NCBI GenBank assembly: GCA_012862495.1
Contig: BLSG01000403.1
Location: forward strand, 40,526 to 92,721
Direction: 5' to 3'
Length of the DNA: 52,196 nucleotides
Origin: Thraustochytrium aureum
Taxonomy: Eukaryota
Shown: piece after piece, positions 44,362-52,196 of the stretch
Position numbering within the stretch: the first letter of the stretch is position 1
How the letters are laid out: each line of letters begins with the position of its first letter
Made by a program: the position numbers and the translations under genes
The notes under the pieces: model-generated
What the model was told of the DNA's origin: nothing
Databases searched by the model: none
The model's input: the letters and a program-made list of their open reading frames with translations, nothing else

Positions 44362-45098
44362 NNNNNNNNNNNNNNNNNNNNNNNNNNNNNNNNNNNNNNN
44401 NNNNNNNNNNNNNNNNNNNNNNNNNNNNNNNNNNNNNNNNNNNNNNNNNNNNNNNNNNNNNNNNNNNNNNNNNNNNNNNNNNNNNNNNNNNNNNNNNNNN
44501 NNNNNNNNNNNNNNNNNNNNNNNNNNNNNNNNNNNNNNNNNNNNNNNNNNNNNNNNNNNNNNNNNNNNNNNNNNNNNNNNNNNNNNNNNNNNNNNNNNNN
44601 NNNNNNNNNNNNNNNNNNNNNNNNNNNNNNNNNNNNNNNNNNNNNNNNNNNNNNNNNNNNNNNNNNNNNNNNNNNNNNNNNNNNNNNNNNNNNNNNNNNN
44701 NNNNNNNNNNNNNNNNNNNNNNNNNNNNNNNNNNNNNNNNNNNNNNNNNNNNNNNNNNNNNNNNNNNNNNNNNNNNNNNNNNNNNNNNNNNNNNNNNNNN
44801 NNNNNNNNNNNNNNNNNNNNNNNNNNNNNNNNNNNNNNNNNNNNNNNNNNNNNNNNNNNNNNNNNNNNNNNNNNNNNNNNNNNNNNNNNNNNNNNNNNNN
44901 NNNNNNNNNNNNNNNNNNNNNNNNNNGGTAGCTGCAGAGCTGTTTCTGGCCGGCGTTGCGGTGGCCGGCTCTGGGGCTGCTGCGCCTCTCGCGCTCCGTG
45001 GGACGAGGTCCGGGGCGGCCGAGCCTCGGTAGTCCTGCGGCGCGCAAAAGCCGCGCATGCGGCGGCGGTTGGGCGCGGTGCAGACGGACGCGCTCGCG

Positions 45099-48000
45099 AT
45101 GGGGGACGAGCTGGCCGCGCCGCGTGGGAGCAGGGCGCCGGTGGAGGTGCGCGAGTGTGGGCGGGCGGAGGGGCGGTTTGCCCAAGCGAAGGGCAAAGTG
45201 CTGGTGAGAACGCCTGGCCAGATCGACGGGGAAGGGTTTGCGCCAACGACCTCGAGGGGTGCGAGGTGGTGCTGCTCGATCATGTGGAGCAGGTCACGGT
45301 GGAAGGCCTGGTGAACTGCCGCGTCTTTATCGGGCCCTGCCAGGGGTCCTGCTACATACGAAAGTGCCGCGGGTGCTCGTTCACCGTGCTGTGCAAGCAG
45401 CTGCGCGTGCTAGAGTGCTCCGACTGTGTGCTGTACCCGCTGGTAAAGACGGACCCCGTCATTGAGCGGTCGCACGGACTTGTGTTCGCAAAGTACAACG
45501 GCGAGCCCGTCGCCCTGGTCGACGAACTGATGGCCAAAGCTGGCCTCGACATCGCCGGCGACGGATGCTGGAACGCCGTATTCGACTTCTCCAGCCAGGA
45601 CGGCGCAGAAAGCGGCTGGGCAGCCGCGACCGACAACCAGCCGCTCCTCGACGTGCGGACCGCCGGCCTCTCCCCCAGAGCGATTTGCAAGCTGCGCGAC
45701 GTGTTTTGGCGCTTCGACGCTGACCACGACGGGGGGCTCTCGTTCCAGGAAGTTAACGAGTTTCAGCGCGCGATAGGTTCGGGGAGTGCTGGCAGACGCG
45801 AAAGAACTCCGCGACACGTTTGCGCCGGCGGGCCTTGCAATGGACAACAAGGGCCACCTGCCCTTCTCCAGCTTTTTGGAGCTGTACGCGCTGCAAGGCG
45901 AAGACAACTTGCTCTCCGACTTGGAAAAGCTCGGTGTGGACCACAAGGGGATACCGCGCTTTTCTCTCAGCCCCTACTGCGGCCCTGCGGCCCAGCCTCC
46001 CAATGCAGAGTCAGGAAATGCGGCCGCGGACGACGAGGGCGAGGACGAGTACGGAGACGACGATTTTGAGCGCGAAGAAGAGGACACGGTGGACATGTCT
46101 GGCTTTGATGCAGCAGACTTCGACACAGAGGAAGACCACATCGTCTACGGCTCCGACGGTGGCGTGGCCCGCCTGGACCGAGACTCGCCACCAATGCCGC
46201 CGCCCGGCGGGGGGTCTTCCGAGCGACGAGTGGTTCGCGAGTCCAAGTCGCCCGAAGGCAAGCAGGGCGAGTCCTGGGACCTGCTCGACTGCGCCACAGG
46301 GCTCTGCGTTGGGGCGAGGCACCGCGGGGTCAACTTGCGCAAGTGGTTTGCCAACTATGACCAGGAGCGGCGCTCGAGCTTGCCGCGCAAAGCCTTCGAA
46401 ACCGCCTTCTCTGCGCTTCTCTTGGGGCTTTGCGCGGGCTCTCCCACCGCGTTTGTGGTGGATGTAGAGCGCATCCTGGACCCCGGCGCTCTGGGGGCGC
46501 TTTGCGACTTGCTTGCCGACGAGCAGGACCCTTCCCGTGTCTGTTACATGCCGCTGGTGCATCGCTCGCGGACGACAGCAGACTTGGCGGGCCTGCCCGG
46601 CAAGCTCTGGGCCGGGAGGCCCCTCAACGCCTCGTTCGTGTCGCAACGCTCAAGCGGACTAGCCCCGGGCGAGGCCGTGGCCGTCCAGGAGCCCGTGTAC
46701 GCCTATTTGATCGCTCGGTTCCGAGACAAGGCTGATGCCGGCGAGCTCGCGGAGAGGATCAAGGTGGCTGTGCAGGCCTGGAAGTGGAGCCAGGGCGGGC
46801 GCACGCCGACCATGGCGGGGGGCAGCTGGACCTCTGTCGGAGAGTATATCTCGGTATACAACTTGCGCCTTGCGCTTCGTGCCAGCGTGCGCGCCGACTT
46901 TTCGCTCCCGCAAGTCCAAGACTTTGCGGCAATGCTCGAGTCCACCGTTGAGTCTGCCTTGAGGCTCGCATTCGAGCTGGGCAGCAAGCTGCTTTTGCCT
47001 CGCTGGGCAAGTCGCAGGCCCAAGCGGCTGCGAAACCCGCCCACGACGCGGATGCGAGCGACGGAGACGGCGATGCTGGCGCGGACGCGTACTCCAGCGC
47101 GCGCAACCACTTTGTCACGGTGAGCGCACTGGTGCGGTGGTTGGCCTCGCAGCGCGTGGCGAAGGGCATTCCCCATGACGCCTGGGTAAGCACGAAGCGC
47201 GAGCACGCCAGGCAGGAGGAGCGAGATCACTTGGCGCTGCTGTCGGAGGCGCTGGAGGGCGGCCTAGAGCCGCTCAGGGAGCTCAGCGAAGCCGCGCAGC
47301 GCCCAGTCCTTGAAAGCCTCCTCGCCAAGGACCAGATTTTGCCCGAGTGGTCCATCAGCGGCGAGGCGCGCAGCCGCGCGGCCGACATTTTGCAAAGCAC
47401 GGAGGGAGCCTCGCTCGTGCGGAAGCGAGCGCTTCACATCGTGAACGAGTCCATCGCGGCCGAGGGCGAAGGCCAGGGCGAAGCGATCTCGCTGATCAAG
47501 GCCACTGAACAGGCTCGAGAAGGCCTCCTCGAGGAGCTTTGCAAGCAGGAGGCAGAGCGGCTGGAGAAGGAAGCTGGTCCACGCATCGAGCTCTTGCTTG
47601 AGTTTGCCAAGGGCAGGATCGCCGGCACCATATCCTCCTCGTTCTTGGGGTGGATAGAGGACCGCGAAAACGAGCGGCGCAAGCGGCGCAAGGCGCTCCA
47701 AACGTGGCGCCGGTCAAAGCTCGCGTCTGTGCGCGGTCAGCAGATCGACGAGAGGCGAGTCTGCCTTGCTTCGACCGTATTTGCCCGGATCCGGTCGCTT
47801 GTGAGCCGGTCCTGCAAGCAGCTCAAGGACGAGCGCGGTTTCATCGTTTTTCGCTCGACCCGGTACGAGGGTCTGGATGCCGAGCACCTGATTTCGGGTC
47901 TTGTCAAAGCCAAAACCGAGGCGGCTCTCGCCTCTGCGCCGCGAAGCGTCGAAGAGACGCACAAACTGGTCGCCGCGGTCGCCGCCGGCGACGTGCTCAT

Positions 48001-48584
48001 CTCGCACCGCGAGTGCAAGGAGCACTTTGAGGGACTGCTTGTTTCGCTGCTCGCAGACCCAAAGGTGAGCCAGGACGCCCAAGCGCTGCTCGACCCAGCC
48101 GCGTGTGCCCAGCGTCGCGTCGAGGATCTCCTGGCCACCAAGCGGGGCGAGGCGCGGCTCGAGTCGACGATGGACAAGCATGGCTGTTCCTCCAAGAGCG
48201 AGGCGCGCGAGATATTGTGCCGCATCACTGAGGAAACCATCCTGGGCGAGCTCGGGTTTCAAACCGTGGCGTCCCAGGACGAGGCGCGAGCTCTCGTAGA
48301 AGAGGCCCACACTGCGCGGCGCGAAAAGGCCGACACTGAATTTCGTCGGTGGGCCAAGGCAAAAGCGAAGGCGGCGCGCGAGCTCAAGCGTGCTGCGCGG
48401 GAGAAGGCCAAGCAGGCCGAGGAGGAGGAGCGTCAGCGCAAGGCGAAGAGCCTCAGGGAGTACCGGCGGTGGAAGCGCGCTGCCAAGCGCAACCAGTACT
48501 ACACGTACGCTGCAAAGGAGGTAGACGACCAGGGTGCGGGCGGGGGGGGTCCCCAGCTCGAGCGACTGGGCAGCAGCCAGAAGC
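45099..48584 (+). CDS. RP2/TBCC (C-CAP) domain protein with EF-hand and coiled-coil regions; 3 frameshifts; 3' end in gap
   Basis: RTPGQIDGEGF..DLEGCEVVLLDHVEQVTV..NCRVFIGPCQGS..CKQLRV..TDPVIE matches the RP2 beta-helix. EF-hand FDADHDGGLSFQE. Frame changes near 45242, 45785 and 46958. Confidence 0.8.
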
Positions 48585-50560
48585 NNNNNNNNNNNNNNNN
48601 NNNNNNNNNNNNNNNNNNNNNNNNNNNNNNNNNNNNNNNNNNNNNNNNNNNNNNNNNNNNNNNNNNNNNNNNNNNNNNNNNNNNNNNNNNNNNNNNNNNN
48701 NNNNNNNNNNNNNNNNNNNNNNNNNNNNNNNNNNNNNNNNNNNNNNNNNNNNNNNNNNNNNNNNNNNNNNNNNNNNNNNNNNNNNNNNNNNNNNNNNNNN
48801 NNNNNNNNNNNNNNNNNNNNNNNNNNNNNNNNNNNNNNNNNNNNNNNNNNNNNNNNNNNNNNNNNNNNNNNNNNNNNNNNNNNNNNNNNNNNNNNNNNNN
48901 NNNNNNNNNNNNNNNNNNNNNNNNNNNNNNNNNNNNNNNNNNNNNNNNNNNNNNNNNNNNNNNNNNNNNNNNNNNNNNNNNNNNNNNNNNNNNNNNNNNN
49001 NNNNNNNNNNNNNNNNNNNNNNNNNNNNNNNNNNNNNNNNNNNNNNNNNNNNNNNNNNNNNNNNNNNNNNNNNNNNNNNNNNNNNNNNNNNNNNNNNNNN
49101 NNNNNNNNNNNNNNNNNNNNNNNNNNNNNNNNNNNNNNNNNNNNNNNNNNNNNNNNNNNNNNNNNNNNNNNNNNNNNNNNNNNNNNNNNNNNNNNNNNNN
49201 NNNNNNNNNNNNNNNNNNNNNNNNNNNNNNNNNNNNNNNNNNNNNNNNNNNNNNNNNNNNNNNNNNNNNNNNNNNNNNNNNNNNNNNNNNNNNNNNNNNN
49301 NNNNNNNNNNNNNNNNNNNNNNNNNNNNNNNNNNNNNNNNNNNNNNNNNNNNNNNNNNNNNNNNNNNNNNNNNNNNNNNNNNNNNNNNNNNNNNNNNNNN
49401 NNNNNNNNNNNNNNNNNNNNNNNNNNNNNNNNNNNNNNNNNNNNNNNNNNNNNNNNNNNNNNNNNNNGGGCAGCTGAGCTTTCGCGATCCGAGCCCTCCC
49501 ATCAACACCAGCCCTGTCATTCCGAGTCGTTCAGCAGGCGGTCGCGCCGGAGGCGGCCTGTATCTTTTTGCGTCCTGCAGGTGCAGGCAGGTGCAGGCAA
49601 CGGGCAGCACAACGCTCGCACTGCGCAGAGCGTCAGCGATGTCTCGGTTGAACCTCACGTCCATGGGCTGGCTGCAGGAGGGAGGTCGCGGCGGTTCATT
49701 CGTCCAATCGAGCGCAGGCTCCGACGGCTTCGCATTCTGCCAACGCCTCAAAGGCGATGGGGTCAACCATTGATCTTCTTCTTTCCTTTCGAAGAGAAAA
49801 GATACGACCAACCAAACAGGCAGGCGGTACGAGGAATCAAACAAATCCAACGACAACGTCCACTTGGTGCATGCATCCAATCATCATTCCTCTTGAAAAG
49901 CACCGGAGGTGGACGCTGGAAAAAAGAGTCTCTTCAGCAGCAAGCAGCCCGAGCGGCGGTGGTGATTGATCGCGACTCTGGCAGCGCTCTGCTGGCAGAC
50001 CCGGCTCGTTGCGCTCTCGCACCGCGCGCTCGCAACCGAGTCTCGTGCTGCCGCGATACCCTTCCCGCCGTGTGCCCAGCCCACCTCAGCCGCTGGCCTG
50101 TCCCAGAGCGGCGCTTCTCAATTCATCATTCGACCACCAACGCGTCTGTGCCAGAGAAAAACAGGCCACAAACACTGATCGATCGATCATCACGCCGGCG
50201 CAGAAGACGAGCTGCACCGGCAGAGAAGACGAGCAACAGCAGCTCAACGCGTCTAGGTAGAGTACGTTTAGTCAGATCTGGTCTGCTCCCCGGAGAGAGA
50301 AGCAAGTGGCGCGCTCAGCGGCCGGGGAAGCGGATGTTGTGCTGGTTGGTGGACGCAAGAACGAGACTTGACGCAACAAGTTGACTCGCAAGGAGGACGT
50401 TTTCGAGAAGGAGCGAGCCATCACGAGACACGGCGTGCGGGGCCCTGTGAGGGCGGGTTGGATGAACGCGGATGCAGCGAAAGAAGGCAGGAAGCAAGGC
50501 AGGCGGAGGGAGTGTGACGCGCTGTTTGCGCAATGTCGGGACGTGACGCAAACACCGCGT

Positions 50561-50627
50561 GCGCCGCAGAACAGCGCCTTCGTAGAACAACCTCGAGCGC
50601 CGCAGAACAGCGCCTCGTAGAACAACC
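50561..50627. repeat. About 36-bp tandem repeat (GCGCCGCAGAACAGCGCCTTCGTAGAACAACCTCGA) running into a gap
   Basis: Two copies are visible before the Ns. Confidence 0.75.
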
Positions 50628-51200
50628 NNNNNNNNNNNNNNNNNNNNNNNNNNNNNNNNNNNNNNNNNNNNNNNNNNNNNNNNNNNNNNNNNNNNNNNNN
50701 NNNNNNNNNNNNNNNNNNNNNNNNNNNNNNNNNNNNNNNNNNNNNNNNNNNNNNNNNNNNNNNNNNNNNNNNNNNNNNNNNNNNNNNNNNNNNNNNNNNN
50801 NNNNNNNNNNNNNNNNNNNNNNNNNNNNNNNNNNNNNNNNNNNNNNNNNNNNNNNNNNNNNNNNNNNNNNNNNNNNNNNNNNNNNNNNNNNNNNNNNNNN
50901 NNNNNNNNNNNNNNNNNNNNNNNNNNNNNNNNNNNNNNNNNNNNNNNNNNNNNNNNNNNNNNNNNNNNNNNNNNNNNNNNNNNNNNNNNNNNNNNNNNNN
51001 NNNNNNNNNNNNNNNNNNNNNNNNNNNNNNNNNNNNNNNNNNNNNNNNNNNNNNNNNNNNNNNNNNNNNNNNNNNNNNNNNNNNNNNNNNNNNNNNNNNN
51101 NNNNNNNNNNNNNNNNNNNNNNNNNNNNNNNNNNNNNNNNNNNNNNNNNNNNNNNNNNNNNNNNNNNNNNNNNNNNNNNNNNNNNNNNNNNNNNNNNNNN

Positions 51201-52196
51201 NTGGCAGCGCTCTGTGCGCTGCTGTTGGCTGGTTGGGCCGAAGCGAGGTGCCCGAACGACTGCAACCGACACGGGTCGTGCACGACTGAGGACAAGTGCC
51301 TGTGCCACTCGGGCTGGAACGGAGCGCCAGACTGCTCGATGAGGTCGTGCCCAAAGAGCTCCGCCTGGACGGGCAAGCCCAGCGGTTTGTTGGTCGGCCA
51401 CGCGACCGAGGTCGAGTGCTCGAACGCCGGGACTTGCAACCGCGAGCGCGGCGAGTGCGAGTGCTTTGTTGGTTTCACGGGCGACGCGTGCCAGCGCGTG
51501 CGGTGCCCAAACGACTGCAGCAGGCGCGGTCGCTGCATCTCTATCAAGGACATCGGCATCGAATTTGGCAGCGACTCGGACCAAGACGGAGTGGGGGCCA
51601 CATACACCAACTGGGAGGCAGAGATCAACCACGTTTGCAAGTGCGACATCAGCTTCACTGGCCCAGACTGCAGCCAAGCCGTCTGCCCGTACGGAGATGA
51701 CCCCTCGACCGAGCCCGGCAGCGGCGCGGTGATACCTGATGCCACCTTAACAGGCGGAGTCGTTGACGTCGGCGACATCGTGCCGAGCGTCGCCGGTACG
51801 GGGTACAACAATCCGGTCGTCACCTTTGGCGGTGGCGGCAGCGGAGCAGTGGGAACCGCCGTCCTCAACTCGGACGGCTCCGTTGCGAAAGTCACTATCA
51901 GCAGCGGTGGATCGGGGTACTCGGGGACAGTCTCAGTGACCGTGACAGACGAGTACCAGCAAAACTACGTATTGACCATAACAACAGGCGCAGCGAGCGG
52001 CACCCTGGCTGGGGCTTTCGGCCTGCGGTTCATGGGCGCTGCGGTGAATTTTGACGCAGGCGCATCTGCTGAGGACATGGAGACCGCGCTTGAGGCTCAT
52101 GCCGGGGTAAAATCTGCCACCGTGACGCGAGGGGCGCTTGACGGGCAGAATGGCGCCGTGTACACCATCACTTTCACAGAATTCAGCTCTGGGCCC
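51201..52196 (+). CDS. Tubular mastigoneme-like (Ocm1/Sig1-type) EGF-repeat protein; 3'-partial
   Basis: Open frame to the window end, absent from the ORF track: signal (n)TG-AALCALLLAGWAEA, CPNDCNRHGSC, ECSNAGTCNRERGECECFVGFTGDACQR, CPNDCSRRGRC, W..CKCDISFTGPDCSQAVCPYGDDP. Confidence 0.85.

Noticed and set aside
11411..48584. Programmed frameshifting or mass pseudogenisation
   Set aside because: No shared slippery or stop motif, catalytic residues are intact and no nonsense codons accumulate; single-base sequencing errors are the simpler explanation.
49468..50560. Coding potential between the last two gaps
   Set aside because: Only short ORFs on either strand, with no motif; they cannot be assigned.

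Overview
GC-rich, gene-dense eukaryotic nuclear scaffold with many N gaps. It has short spliceosomal introns (GTRAGT donor, CTGAC/CTAAC branch, AG acceptor) and (GCCT/GCCA)n microsatellites near 5' ends. A tubular-mastigoneme-type EGF protein indicates a flagellated stramenopile; a thraustochytrid/labyrinthulomycete is my inference. About 24 protein genes are visible, mostly arranged as head-to-head pairs. Recognisable products: NADH-cytochrome b5 reductase, formate/nitrite transporter, ModF-like ABC ATPase, DUF4336-like protein, single-FN3 CaaX microprotein, double-domain anchored sulfatase, CAMK-like kinase with a very long activation-segment insert, two divergent M12B reprolysins, DUF389 protein, COX5c-like subunit, duplicated Cys-rich secreted protein, nodulin-like MFS, ARM proteins, nocturnin, sterol desaturase-family enzyme, Get3/ArsA, RP2/TBCC-EF-hand protein and the mastigoneme-like protein. 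About 12 single-base frameshifts look like sequencing errors. No rRNA, tRNA, CRISPR array or transposase was seen. The most unusual items are the prenylated lone-FN3 protein, a phage-like 'GSGY' module inserted in the mastigoneme protein, the reprolysin pair with a shared Cys insertion, and the tandem sulfatase. All family calls are by motif recognition; no database searches were run.
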